A stretch of 62,659 bases of DNA, counting the filler, from Candidatus Woesearchaeota archaeon (lineage in GTDB: Archaea > Nanobdellota > Nanobdellia > Woesearchaeales > J072), in the NCBI GenBank assembly GCA_003695265.1. It is 7 parts of 7 records of this genome, joined end to end, with 100 filler letters (N's around TTAATTAATTAA, not from the genome) between each part and the next. Parts side by side here need not be neighbours in the genome. Positions count along the whole stretch, not along the records: positions 43,193 to 46,793 come from RFII01000007.1; positions 46,894 to 59,839 come from RFII01000044.1; 5 more parts are not named here. The stretch is one strand, 5' to 3'. The translations under genes and the position numbers were made by a program. The notes under the pieces were generated by a model. It was not told where the DNA came from, did no database searches, and saw only the letters and a program-made list of their open reading frames with translations. This document shows positions 45,213-54,810 of this stretch, in pieces; within the stretch, counting starts at the first letter, position 1; every line of letters starts with the position of its first letter.

Positions 45213-46454
45213 ATGAGGATTACTAAGATTCACGCTCGGCAGATATTTAATTCTAGAGGCAACCCAACTGTAGAATGTGATTTGTGGCTTGGAAAATATT
45301 TTGGCAGGGCTTCTGTTCCTACAGGCGCTTCCACTGGGATTCATGAGGCCTGGGACCTGCATGACGGAAGAAAGGAGTATTTTGGAAGAGGGGTTAAGAT
45401 AGCTGTTAATAACATAAATATAACTATTGCCAAGCACGTGAAGAACAAGAGTTTCACTCAGAAAACACTTGATGATTTCTTAATAAAACTTGACGGGACA
45501 AAGAACAAGCACAGGCTCGGCGCAAACGCCATTCTTGCTGTGAGCATGGCGTTTGCAAAGGCAGCAGCGCAAAAAAGGCCTTTGTACTCTTATTTATCAC
45601 AGTTTTCAAAAAAGAAGATGGTTTTGCCAATCCCTTTTTTTAACATAATAAATGGCGGAAAACACGCTGGAGGCAAACTTCCTTTCCAAGAATTTATGAT
45701 TGCTCCTGTAAAAGCAAAAAGTTTTAGTGAAGCAATGCGCATTGGCTCTGAAGTTTACCACATGCTTAAAAAAGAAATAGGGAAAAAGTACGGCAAGGTA
45801 GGCACTAATGTTGGTGACGAGGGCGGCTTTGCCCCTCCGATTAGAAGAGCAGAGCAAGCATTAAACTTGATAATTAAAGCAGTTAATGATTTAGGATATG
45901 AAGATAAGGTCAAGATTGCTATGGACTGCGCTGCCTCAGAATTTTACAGAAAAAAACGCTATGTTGTTGGAAGAGGTCTTTCTGCCAGGCAGCTAATGCG
46001 TTATTACGAGCAATTGATCAATGACTACCCAATAATATCAATGGAAGACCCGTTCAGCGAGGACGACTTTAATTCTTTTCAGCAATTCATGGATTTTGCT
46101 GGCAAAAAAATACAAGTTGTAGGTGATGATTTGCTAGTCACGAACATAGAAAGGATTCAGATGGCAGTGGAAAGAAATCTTTGCAACGCACTCCTGCTGA
46201 AAGTAAACCAGATCGGTTCTGTAAGTGAAGCAATCCAAGCAGCTAATTTAGCATTAAAGAACAAATGGGGCGTGATGGTAAGCCACAGAAGCGGAGAGAC
46301 TGACGAAACTTTTATTGCAGACCTAGCAGTGGGTTTGGGCATTAACCAAATCAAGGCTGGCGCTCCTTGCAGGGGTGAAAGGCTTGCAAAATACAACCGG
46401 CTCTTAAGAATCGAGGAAGAGCTTGGCAGAAAGGTTTGCTACGCAGAATTCTAA
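45213..46454 (+). CDS. eno: Enolase
   Basis: SRGNPTVE, GASTG.HEA, NGGKH, GDEGG, VGDD, KVNQIG, SHRSGET. Confidence 0.97.
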   Translation: MRITKIHARQIFNSRGNPTVECDLWLGKYFGRASVPTGASTGIHEAWDLHDGRKEYFGRGVKIAVNNINITIAKHVKNKSFTQKTLDDFLIKLDGTKNKHRLGANAILAVSMAFAKAAAQKRPLYSYLSQFSKKKMVLPIPFFNIINGGKHAGGKLPFQEFMIAPVKAKSFSEAMRIGSEVYHMLKKEIGKKYGKVGTNVGDEGGFAPPIRRAEQALNLIIKAVNDLGYEDKVKIAMDCAASEFYRKKRYVVGRGLSARQLMRYYEQLINDYPIISMEDPFSEDDFNSFQQFMDFAGKKIQVVGDDLLVTNIERIQMAVERNLCNALLLKVNQIGSVSEAIQAANLALKNKWGVMVSHRSGETDETFIADLAVGLGINQIKAGAPCRGERLAKYNRLLRIEEELGRKVCYAEF

Positions 46455-46793
46455 AAGCGCTTTTCCAGCCAAGAAAAAAGGATTACGCTGAGCGGGGCAA
46501 AAAAGGCTCTTACACCAATAGGAACAACTGACTCTGGAGTGAACAAGGCAAGGCAGATTGCAGCTGCCAAGCCACCGTTCTTGAAAGTTGAGAAAGCAAC
46601 AAGGGTTATTGCAAGCTCCTTTTTCTTCCTGAAGAGAATGTAAATAATGAAAGGAACTGCTGTAAGCATTGCAACAGTAAGTATTATTAATGGAAGAATT
46701 GCATTAAGATTCAGAAAAACAACGTGATTTATTCCTATTATTATGTAAAATAAGATAAGAAAGATTATGTTTACTGTTATCCTCCTTTCTGTG
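46451..46793 (-). CDS. BASS-like (bile acid:Na+ symporter) membrane transporter, 3' fragment
   Basis: Frame open to the spacer; several TM helices; FKNGGLAAAI motif. Confidence 0.65.
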
Positions 46794-46893
46794 NNNNNNN
46801 NNNNNNNNNNNNNNNNNNNNNNNNNNNNNNNNNNNNNTTAATTAATTAANNNNNNNNNNNNNNNNNNNNNNNNNNNNNNNNNNNNNNNNNNNN
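46794..46893. other. Artificial contig spacer
   Basis: N44-TTAATTAATTAA-N44. Confidence 0.97.
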
Positions 46894-46949
46894 TACTATA
46901 GGTATCATAAAAAAAAGTATATTTATTTTTCAAGAAGGAGGTGAAGATT

Positions 46950-47060
46950 ATGCCAGCAAAGAAAAAGAAAGCAACGAAGAAGAAAACAACAAAGAAAAAG
47001 ACTACAAAAAAGAAGACTACAAAGAAAAAGAAAGCAACAAAAAAGAAAAAGAAAAAATAA
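46950..47060 (+). CDS. Small Lys-rich basic protein, 36 aa (MPAKKKKATKKKTTKKKTTKKKTTKKKKATKKKKKK)
   Basis: Not in ORF track; perfect SD GGAGGTGA; Lys codons mix AAA/AAG and Thr codons vary, as expected of coding DNA. Confidence 0.75.
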   Translation: MPAKKKKATKKKTTKKKTTKKKTTKKKKATKKKKKK

Positions 47061-47160
47061 TTAATGCTTAATATTCTCTTTTTCTTTTTCTCATTCTTTC
47101 TTCTGTTTGTTTTCTTTTGCGTTAAATATTTAAATGTGACACATCTACATAAAAACTATA

Positions 47161-47640
47161 ATGCGAAGAAAAGCAATGTCTCATGCAAGAGTGATAATAC
47201 TCGTATTGACAGGTGTTTTTGCATTTGTCCTCCTTCTTTTTGGGTATAAAGGTGTTGCTTCTCTTTCAGAGAAAACGAATTCTGCAAAGCTTATCACAAT
47301 TGAAAACAGAATCAAAAACTCTGTTAAGATTGTTTCCCAAAGCTATGGGAAAATGAAAAAGGAAACATTTGTTTTTCCAGATGATTATGATAAGATATGT
47401 TTCATTGATTTATCAGAACGCACTTTTCTTGCCCAGAACACAGATCTGCCTGAAATAATTAAAGACAGCGTTTCAAGCGGATCTGACCAGAACGTTTTTT
47501 TACTTGGAAAAAATAGGCATTCTTTTAACGCTGGATCAATCAGTCTAAAGAACCCCCCATTCTTCAAATGCTTTGATATAATAGGAGGTTCTGTAAAGTT
47601 AACTTTTGAAGGAATAGGAGGTGTTGCATCAGTATCATGA
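47161..47640 (+). CDS. Putative pilin-like protein (class III signal peptide)
   Basis: MRRKA followed by a hydrophobic N-terminal helix; K.CF.D and F.CF Cys pair. Confidence 0.65.
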   Translation: MRRKAMSHARVIILVLTGVFAFVLLLFGYKGVASLSEKTNSAKLITIENRIKNSVKIVSQSYGKMKKETFVFPDDYDKICFIDLSERTFLAQNTDLPEIIKDSVSSGSDQNVFLLGKNRHSFNAGSISLKNPPFFKCFDIIGGSVKLTFEGIGGVASVS

Positions 47641-48308
47641 AAACCCCAATAATTGTTGTTAATTTTAAGGCTTATGAAAAGTCCACTGGTTGGAACGCGG
47701 AAGTGCTTTCAAAGCTGTGCGAAAAAATATCTTTTGAAACAGGCAAAACAATAGTTGTAGCTGTGCAGGAAGCTGACATTTATCGCGTTGCAACCGAAGT
47801 TAAAATTCCTGTTTTTGCGCAGCACATAGACCCAGTAGAGTTCGGCGCTCATACTGGAAGCATTCTGGCTGAAGACGTTAAAGAAAACGGTGCTGTTGGG
47901 ACTCTGTTAAATCATGCTGAACGCAGGATTAGTCCTGAGGTGATTGAGAAAAGCATAAGGCGCGCAAAAGAGGTTGGCCTAATAACAATTGTATGCGCAC
48001 CAACTCCAGAGCTTGCTGAGAAGATAGCTTCTTTTAATCCTGACTTCATCGCTATCGAGCCGCCTGAGCTTATTGGCGGTGACGTGTCTGTCTCAACAGC
48101 TGAGCCTGAAATAATAACTGGAACTATCAAAAAGGTTCATTCCGTTGCTAAAATACCAGTTCTTTGCGGAGCAGGCATAAAAAATAAGAATGATGTTGAG
48201 AGAGCAATCAGACTCGGAGCAAAAGGAATTCTTCTTGCGTCTGGTGTTACAAAATCTGATAATCCTGAGAAAGTGCTGCGCGAATTGGTTAATGGTTTAA
48301 ATGGATAA
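47637..48308 (+). CDS. tpiA: Triosephosphate isomerase (archaeal type)
   Basis: VNFK, AQH, GAHTG, NHAE, IEPPELIG, CGAGI, LASG. Confidence 0.95.
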   Translation: MKTPIIVVNFKAYEKSTGWNAEVLSKLCEKISFETGKTIVVAVQEADIYRVATEVKIPVFAQHIDPVEFGAHTGSILAEDVKENGAVGTLLNHAERRISPEVIEKSIRRAKEVGLITIVCAPTPELAEKIASFNPDFIAIEPPELIGGDVSVSTAEPEIITGTIKKVHSVAKIPVLCGAGIKNKNDVERAIRLGAKGILLASGVTKSDNPEKVLRELVNGLNG

Positions 48309-48900
48309 GAAAACAATCAAGGCTTATGACAAGTTTGCAGAGCATTACGCTAATCACACCTTTGAGATCATACCACAGTACAACCTTTACCAGTTCATCA
48401 ATTTCTTGAAAGGAAGAAATGTTTTGGATGTTGGCTGCGGCTCAGGAAGGGACATAAAGTATTTGGTTGAGGAAGGATTTAATGTTATTGGAATCGACGC
48501 TTCTGAGAACATGGTAAGGCAGGCAAAGAAAAACGCAAAAAAAGGCAGATTTATGGTTATGGACATAGAGGCAAAGCTTGGTTTCGCTGATGAAAGCGTT
48601 GACGGAATATGGTGCTGCGATTCATTAACCCACGTCCAGAAGAAGAACATACAAAAAGTGATAAAGGAGTTTTATAGAGTCCTAAAAAAAGATGGCGTTC
48701 TGTTTGTTTCTGTCAGGGAAGGTGAGTATGATAATCTAAAAATTATGAACGAGCTCGGAATGGAGAAAGTGCACGTTTCTGAATTCACGCAGCCAGAAAT
48801 CGAGTCTCTTCTTTTGAACTCTGAATTTGAATTATTAGCAACGCAGTTTGAGAGCTCCCAGCAAGCCACATGGATAAACGTTTTTGCTAGAAAGAATTAG
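48301..48900 (+). CDS. Class I SAM-dependent methyltransferase
   Basis: VLDVGCGSGRD, GIDAS, DGIW. Confidence 0.9.
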   Translation: MDKKTIKAYDKFAEHYANHTFEIIPQYNLYQFINFLKGRNVLDVGCGSGRDIKYLVEEGFNVIGIDASENMVRQAKKNAKKGRFMVMDIEAKLGFADESVDGIWCCDSLTHVQKKNIQKVIKEFYRVLKKDGVLFVSVREGEYDNLKIMNELGMEKVHVSEFTQPEIESLLLNSEFELLATQFESSQQATWINVFARKN

Positions 48901-49448
48901 CTGCGCACCTCAACATAAATCTTCTGCAGTGAGCCGTACTGAGTCCCATTTACAGAAACATTAACGTTAAACACGTAAGTACCGAATGGCGTTGGGCTGC
49001 TGTCAGCCAGTTCGTTCTGCACCCGTATTGGTATTGGGACTTTTTTATGCTCATTGTTTACAATGTCATAGCTTTGTGGAGTGGACTCAAAAAAGTTAGA
49101 GAAATCCTTTGATTCTTTCACACCATCAAGATTAAAGTACGCTGATTGAGTTACCTGAACATCAAAGGTTGTTACGCCAGGGCCAAGCCCCTTGTTCGAG
49201 ATTCCCAAACCAAAGACGTGCGCTTTTCCCTTCTTAAGGTATGCCCTGTTTATTGGAATAGCCACTGCTTCTCCGCTGTTAAGCATCGCCTCTATCTGCG
49301 CGTTCGTGTCAGCATCAAATCCCTCTTCTATATCGCTTGCTGTGCTTAACAACCTGTACGCAAAAGTCAAGCCAAGTCCAAAAACAATGACTGCTATGAT
49401 TAAAACAACAACGAAATTCACGCTTAACTGAATGGCAGCTTTCCTCAT
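48897..49448 (-). CDS. Putative pilin-like protein (class III signal peptide)
   Basis: MRKAAIQLSVNFVVVLIIAVIVFGLG, then a beta-rich domain. Confidence 0.72.
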   Translation of the reverse strand: MRKAAIQLSVNFVVVLIIAVIVFGLGLTFAYRLLSTASDIEEGFDADTNAQIEAMLNSGEAVAIPINRAYLKKGKAHVFGLGISNKGLGPGVTTFDVQVTQSAYFNLDGVKESKDFSNFFESTPQSYDIVNNEHKKVPIPIRVQNELADSSPTPFGTYVFNVNVSVNGTQYGSLQKIYVEVRS

Positions 49449-49449
49449 T

Positions 49450-50934
49450 TTAGGTTGACGGGTTTATGAATGACATTTTCTGAGTGAATATCTTTTTATA
49501 ATCGCCGCGCTCAAGCCTGTTCTCATAAACAGGCTCTGGGGGGTCTCCTGACATTCCTGTCTGGATTCTCCTTGTGTACTCATAATCCACTTTTATTGAA
49601 ACTGATTTTTCAGATTCTATCTCATTCATTGAGAAGCTTGGTTGTAAGGTAACAGAAAATGAATCACCTACAGAATTTAATTCTTCTGTGTTTGTGTATT
49701 GCCCTAAAAGAACCTCGTTCTCTAAAAGCTGTATTTTTGTTATTTTTACAGGAAACACCAAGTCTGGATGGTCATTCTTTAACTCGAATTCTAGAGTTAT
49801 TGAGTCCTTATTAATGTCAAACGGCTGGTTAAGCGTTGTTATCATACCAATCTTAAAATAAGGTAATTGCCTTTCATCAAGCAGTGACATTGGCTGAACA
49901 ACATTATTCTTCACTCTTGTCAAGCAGGTGTTTGCTGTGCTGCAAAAATATTCAACATGCTCGCTCGCGTCTCTTTCGCAAGGGCCACAATCACGTGCGC
50001 AGTTGCATTTGTTCTCACCTGATTCACATTTAAAATTACCACAGCAATTCGGCCTTAGTTCATAATTACAAAGTTTTGTCCCTGTTATGCATGAGTCAAT
50101 TGTGCAGTCATTATTGTCGTTGCACTCCTCCTGAGAGCATGAGTATTCTCTGTCTAAATCAACAAAATTAAGTTTTGAACTGAACCTCTGCTGGAAATTA
50201 TTCCTAATTACCATGTTGTCTCTTCCTGGAACAACCTGTGTGTACTCATAAAAAATTTTCATAGTTACGTATTGGCTTGACACAACATCCTCAAAATCAT
50301 AATCCACAATTATCCTGTCTGAGATTTTGTCACCAATAAACCAGAACGTCCTACCAATATCTTTCTCGCCTAGGACGACGTCTTTTCCGTAGAGGTTTCC
50401 TATTAATTGCACTTTGCTTATTGTTGGGTTTATGAAGTTTGGCTGTATGTTTGTTAGTTCAGCCTCAAAAGTGAAATAGCTTGTTTTTGTGTTGAAAGGG
50501 TCTTCTATTTTTGCGCTTCCTGTTATTGAGAAGCCCCCAAGGTTTTGCGAGAACGCCAGCGGAACTTCTTTCACTGTTTTTGGGTCGATATCCCATTCGC
50601 AAACGCACCCAGCCATGTCATCCTTGCAAATATCAAAAGTGTCTGGGTTAATGCACTGCTCGCTTAAAGAGCCGTTCTTTTGGTTGCATGCAGGCTTGCA
50701 GTCTTCCGGACAAGAGCACCTTGTTTCTCCTGTTGCTGATTCGCAAATGCCGTTTCCGCAGCAGTTAGGAATTGGCGTTTTAGAGCAGTTATACTTTAAG
50801 CATTTCCCTGTGAAACATTCTCCTGACGGGCAGTCGGTGTCTTTGTCGCACACTTTTGGGCCTTTTGAGCATGATGCAAAAATCAGCATTATTAAAAGAA
50901 CTGTCAGAAATAATAAAGCGTGTTTTGCCCTCAT
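49450..50934 (-). CDS. Cys-rich lipoprotein-like surface protein with an internally duplicated module
   Basis: LIFASC lipobox-like; two PNCCGNxxCE...CxC..DC modules, each followed by a PF...L.LGE/Q...YEYT domain. Confidence 0.75.
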   Translation of the reverse strand: MRAKHALLFLTVLLIMLIFASCSKGPKVCDKDTDCPSGECFTGKCLKYNCSKTPIPNCCGNGICESATGETRCSCPEDCKPACNQKNGSLSEQCINPDTFDICKDDMAGCVCEWDIDPKTVKEVPLAFSQNLGGFSITGSAKIEDPFNTKTSYFTFEAELTNIQPNFINPTISKVQLIGNLYGKDVVLGEKDIGRTFWFIGDKISDRIIVDYDFEDVVSSQYVTMKIFYEYTQVVPGRDNMVIRNNFQQRFSSKLNFVDLDREYSCSQEECNDNNDCTIDSCITGTKLCNYELRPNCCGNFKCESGENKCNCARDCGPCERDASEHVEYFCSTANTCLTRVKNNVVQPMSLLDERQLPYFKIGMITTLNQPFDINKDSITLEFELKNDHPDLVFPVKITKIQLLENEVLLGQYTNTEELNSVGDSFSVTLQPSFSMNEIESEKSVSIKVDYEYTRRIQTGMSGDPPEPVYENRLERGDYKKIFTQKMSFINPST

Positions 50935-50966
50935 TGAAACACCTTAAAAAAAGTGAAAAAATAATT

Positions 50967-51188
50967 TTATTTGACGACCTCGTACTCCTTCACAATTATT
51001 ATCAGGAAGAGAACGAGGACTATTGCTCCTGCAATCGTTATTGACAAGCCCTGCATTATCGGCTTTGCTGTTGCGATCATGAGCCAGAAGCCGTACGCCA
51101 TTATGCCCATTCCAAGCCATAGGAACTTGTCAAGCACGAGCTTCATAATATCAAATTCTTCAGCCTGAGTTAGCCTTTTCTTCATCAT
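50967..51188 (-). CDS. Small two-TM hypothetical membrane protein
   Basis: GGGTGA SD before ATG 51188; EFDIMKLVLDKFLW followed by two TMs. Confidence 0.75.
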   Translation of the reverse strand: MMKKRLTQAEEFDIMKLVLDKFLWLGMGIMAYGFWLMIATAKPIMQGLSITIAGAIVLVLFLIIIVKEYEVVK

Positions 51189-51196
51189 AATCACCC

Positions 51197-51703
51197 TTAT
51201 TCGACAGTTATGTAAAATGTTTCTGTCTTTGTGCCACAACCAGTTAAAGCTATCTGAGCCTGATAAGTGTCCGGGTTTGTGTCGCTGGCAATAGAAATCT
51301 GTATTGGTATCACTTGAACATCACCAGCATCTATACTTATTGTTGATGGCGCCTTAACAGTGCTTGACCCCCACGGCTGACTACCAATACCTGTGGCTGG
51401 TTGCGTTATAGTAAAAGTAGCAGTGCATGTTGAAGTTCCTGAGTTTTTAACCCCAAAATAGATATTTTTTGTTTTTCCTCTTTTTACATTCACTTCGTAA
51501 GCGTTCAGTTTTGCAACTTCTGTTGAGCTTTTCAAAGATTCAACCATTTCCTGCTTCATCTGGTCGGAAACAGATTCGAACTGCTCAGAAACGCCGCCGA
51601 ACGTGTTCCTCATAAATCCCAATCCTAGGCCGAGCATGGTTATTGCTAGGATTATGACCACTATTGCGTTGATAGAAAGATTCAGGCTTGCTTTTTTGCG
51701 CAT
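51197..51703 (-). CDS. Putative pilin-like protein (class III signal peptide)
   Basis: MRKKASLNLSINAIVVIILAITMLGLGLGF; GAGGTGA SD. Confidence 0.75.
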   Translation of the reverse strand: MRKKASLNLSINAIVVIILAITMLGLGLGFMRNTFGGVSEQFESVSDQMKQEMVESLKSSTEVAKLNAYEVNVKRGKTKNIYFGVKNSGTSTCTATFTITQPATGIGSQPWGSSTVKAPSTISIDAGDVQVIPIQISIASDTNPDTYQAQIALTGCGTKTETFYITVE

Positions 51704-51838
51704 GCTTATTCACCTCTTTTCATTAATATTATACTATAAAATACTTTATTAAAACTATCACTTCACCTTTAAATACTTTTCGTAAATTTCAACAATAAAA
51801 ACCTTTATTACCATTATATAATAGGTATATAACAAGTA

Positions 51839-52360
51839 TTAGTTAGAAACAGTTAATATGTTGCAGCTGCAGGGCATTTTGTGGCTTGCGCGCTTCAAAG
51901 CGAGCCTTGCCGCGTCCAGGTTATTCTTATTCACTTTAAGCCTTATAAGTGTTTGGCCTTTTTTAACGCGGGCCGCAATCCCTATCGGCTTTCCAAAGCT
52001 CTTCTTCATTCCAGTGCTCATCCTGTCTGCGCCAGCTCCGCTTGCCAGAGGGTTCTCGCGAAGGATGTGGTGGGGGTAAATCATTATTTTCATCTTATAA
52101 TTTGTTTTTCCGACTTTCTGGTCTAAAAGGCGGTTGCTTGTCTGCCTGGCAGACTCAATTGCGTTATGCCTTATCTGAATATCATCTTTTGAAACTAATT
52201 CAAGGGTTGTGTCAAACTCTGCTTTCTCATTACCCATGTCAAACCTCACAACGCGGCAGTTGGGGCTTGCCCTAACAAAAGATTTGTTCTTGAACTTTGA
52301 TTTTCTAGTGTAAGGCCTTTCTATGTTCCTGTAGGCTGAAAATTTCCTTAATCTTGCCAT
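51839..52360 (-). CDS. rpl10e: 50S ribosomal protein uL16 (L10e)
   Basis: QIRHNAIESAR, YPHHILREN, GAGADRMSTGM...FGKP. Confidence 0.96.
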   Translation of the reverse strand: MARLRKFSAYRNIERPYTRKSKFKNKSFVRASPNCRVVRFDMGNEKAEFDTTLELVSKDDIQIRHNAIESARQTSNRLLDQKVGKTNYKMKIMIYPHHILRENPLASGAGADRMSTGMKKSFGKPIGIAARVKKGQTLIRLKVNKNNLDAARLALKRASHKMPCSCNILTVSN

Positions 52361-52410
52361 TTTATGCAGAGGAAAGCTAACCTATTTAAAAACCTTTTGC
52401 TTATTGGTTT

Positions 52411-52437
52411 GGGGTTTCAAAGGGGCTAACCCTTTTG
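52411..52437 (+). repeat. REP-like hairpin GGGGTTT-CAAAGGGG-CTAA-CCCTTTTG
   Basis: 8-bp stem (one G-T pair) preceded by GGGGT; similar to 15154-15179. Confidence 0.5.
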
Positions 52438-52523
52438 TAAAAATTAAATTTTTTATTATTTTTTATCCCAGTTTTTTATTCCTTGTTGGTAAAGTATTTA
52501 TAGGAGTTCTTCATAAAAATCAT

Positions 52524-53588
52524 ATGATGTCACTTTTCATATTATTTGACATCCTTGAAAAAGGGGTGCAGAACAGGTATGTAATAGCATTAATATTATT
52601 CATAGTTTTTTTGTCTTTTGCTAAACTCCTGCTTTTTCTGAGCAAGACGCGCCTCCTTAAGCTGACAAAAAGGACAAAGACAAGAATTGATGACTTGATT
52701 GTTAAGAAGACGAACAAGCTTTTTTCATGGGTCATAATTCTCTTCGGCTTTAAGATTTCAGTAGCCTATCTCAAAATGCAAACTGTTTATGCCAAAAGCG
52801 TTATAGACCTAATTGACATATTAATAATTTTGCTATTAACAATTATATTTATTATAATAGGAGACATTCTTATCTTTAACTGGGGGCACAGGTTTTCTAA
52901 GAAGACCAAATCAGGAGTTCATGATGAGATAGTTCCGTTGCTGCAGGCTTTGAACAGGATTTTCTTTATAATTGTTTCCGGACTGATAATCATGAAAATA
53001 TGGAATCTTAAGATTATCGGTGTGCTGACAAGCTTGGGCCTTGCGGGCGTAGTCATAGGTTTTGCTCTACGCGATAGCCTCAGCAACATGGCCGGCGGTG
53101 TCTCATTAATACTCGACCAGACTTTTAGTGTGGGAGACTTCATAAAATTAGAATCAGGGGAGATGGGGGAAGTAATCAAGGTAGGATTGAGGAGCACGAG
53201 AATAAAAACTTTAGATAATGAGCTAATGATAATCCCTAATGGTCCTTTGTCGATGAGCAAAATAACGAACTACGCAAAGCCGAACAACGCTTTAAGAGTT
53301 ATTATTGAGGTCGGCGTTGTTTACGGCTCAAACATTGACAAAGTTAAGAAAGTCCTCCTAGACTCAATAACTGATATCAGCGGCATCCTTAAAAAGCCAG
53401 CTCCAGAGGTTTGGTTTGATAAAATGGCTGATTTCTCCCTTAACTTCAAGCTTTTGTTCTACATAAGGAATTATCGCAAGCGCTTCACAATAAAGAGCAA
53501 GGCAACATCCCTTGTTTTCAAGAGTCTGAAGAAAAACAACATTGAAATAGCGTTCCCCACAAGAACAGTTTACATGAAAAAGGCCTAA
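52524..53588 (+). CDS. Small-conductance mechanosensitive channel (MscS family)
   Basis: GLAGVVIGFALRD, F.VGDFI, GLRST, IPN, IEIAFP; likely start ATG 52524 or 52527. Confidence 0.93.
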   Translation: MMSLFILFDILEKGVQNRYVIALILFIVFLSFAKLLLFLSKTRLLKLTKRTKTRIDDLIVKKTNKLFSWVIILFGFKISVAYLKMQTVYAKSVIDLIDILIILLLTIIFIIIGDILIFNWGHRFSKKTKSGVHDEIVPLLQALNRIFFIIVSGLIIMKIWNLKIIGVLTSLGLAGVVIGFALRDSLSNMAGGVSLILDQTFSVGDFIKLESGEMGEVIKVGLRSTRIKTLDNELMIIPNGPLSMSKITNYAKPNNALRVIIEVGVVYGSNIDKVKKVLLDSITDISGILKKPAPEVWFDKMADFSLNFKLLFYIRNYRKRFTIKSKATSLVFKSLKKNNIEIAFPTRTVYMKKA

Positions 53589-54538
53589 GCAAGCAGCTTT
53601 TCCCTAAGCTTCTCAACAGAGCTAATTGCGCCGTATTTTTTCTTGAAATCACCAAGCTTCTTATTGCCTTTTAGCAAGTCTTCTTTTGACAAGTAAATTA
53701 TGATTTCTTTCCCAAACCTTTTTATCTTTTTGTAAAGCTTTTCCTGCTCTTTTAAAGGATATGTTTCTGTCAGGTCGAAGACAAAAATTATTTTCTCAGC
53801 CAGTAATTTCATAGCTAAGTAAGCCTGTTTCTCAATCGCGTTCATCTTCTCAAACCTGTTTAATGTTCCTGGCGTGTCTAAAAGCTGAATTTTGGTGTAG
53901 CCTCTCTTAATATAAGCTACATTGATGTTTTTTGTTGTGAAAGGGTACGAGTTTATTTCCGGCTTTGACCCTGAAAGCTTGAACATGAGCGTTGTCTTTC
54001 CAACATTTGGGAATCCTGCAATGCAGAAAGTTTTCAAGCCCGTCTTCACTGTTGGGAAACTCCTCATCACTTTTCTTGCCTCTTCAATTTTTCTTAGGTG
54101 CTTGTCAATCTGCTTAATAACAGATGTGGATCTTCCGAAGAATTCTTTTTTTAATGTTTGAACCTGCTTTACGGAAACTGCTTTCTTTATATCAGCAATA
54201 ATCCTATTTTTTAATCTTGTGACTTGCCTTGAGGCCCACTGGACTGACCCAAGAGATTTCTTAACCTCACCATACCCCAATACTGTTTTAAAAAGCTCTA
54301 AATAAAATTCTGGCATTGAGTCAAGACTTGGAAAACCGGAAATAATCTCATTAAATTTTTGGTTTATCAAGCTTGTGAAACACTCCAACTTACATGTTGT
54401 TATGATTATCTCCCTCTCAAGACCTGGATTTCTCCTGTGCTTCTCCTTAAGAGCACTTGCTTTTTTCTTGGCCTTCTTCACAGCCAAATCTATGTAAAAG
54501 TCAGCATTCTCAACAGGCTTTATGTCCTGAAAGCTCAT
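53585..54538 (-). CDS. NOG1-family GTPase
   Basis: AGFPNVGKTT, PEINSYPFTT, DTPG, N.IE.QA. Confidence 0.9.
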   Translation of the reverse strand: MSFQDIKPVENADFYIDLAVKKAKKKASALKEKHRRNPGLEREIIITTCKLECFTSLINQKFNEIISGFPSLDSMPEFYLELFKTVLGYGEVKKSLGSVQWASRQVTRLKNRIIADIKKAVSVKQVQTLKKEFFGRSTSVIKQIDKHLRKIEEARKVMRSFPTVKTGLKTFCIAGFPNVGKTTLMFKLSGSKPEINSYPFTTKNINVAYIKRGYTKIQLLDTPGTLNRFEKMNAIEKQAYLAMKLLAEKIIFVFDLTETYPLKEQEKLYKKIKRFGKEIIIYLSKEDLLKGNKKLGDFKKKYGAISSVEKLREKLLA

Positions 54539-54810
54539 ATTTACTTACTTTGTCTCAAGTGTTTAAATATATTTGCCTGCGCGGAGGAAAATTATTATAA
54601 AGGAAAAATTAGAGTTTATCATTAAAATATTGAGTTATGAATTAAACTTGAGAGAATAAACTTTTTCATACATATGTATAATTAAACATACAAACTATTA
54701 TTGTGGTTAATTAGAAAATCAGAAAAACAAAAGATTTATCATTATTAACATATTATCTTCTGTTTTCAGGTTTTTAAACATCAGCAAAAAAAATTGTTTT
54801 AGAGGCTAAA

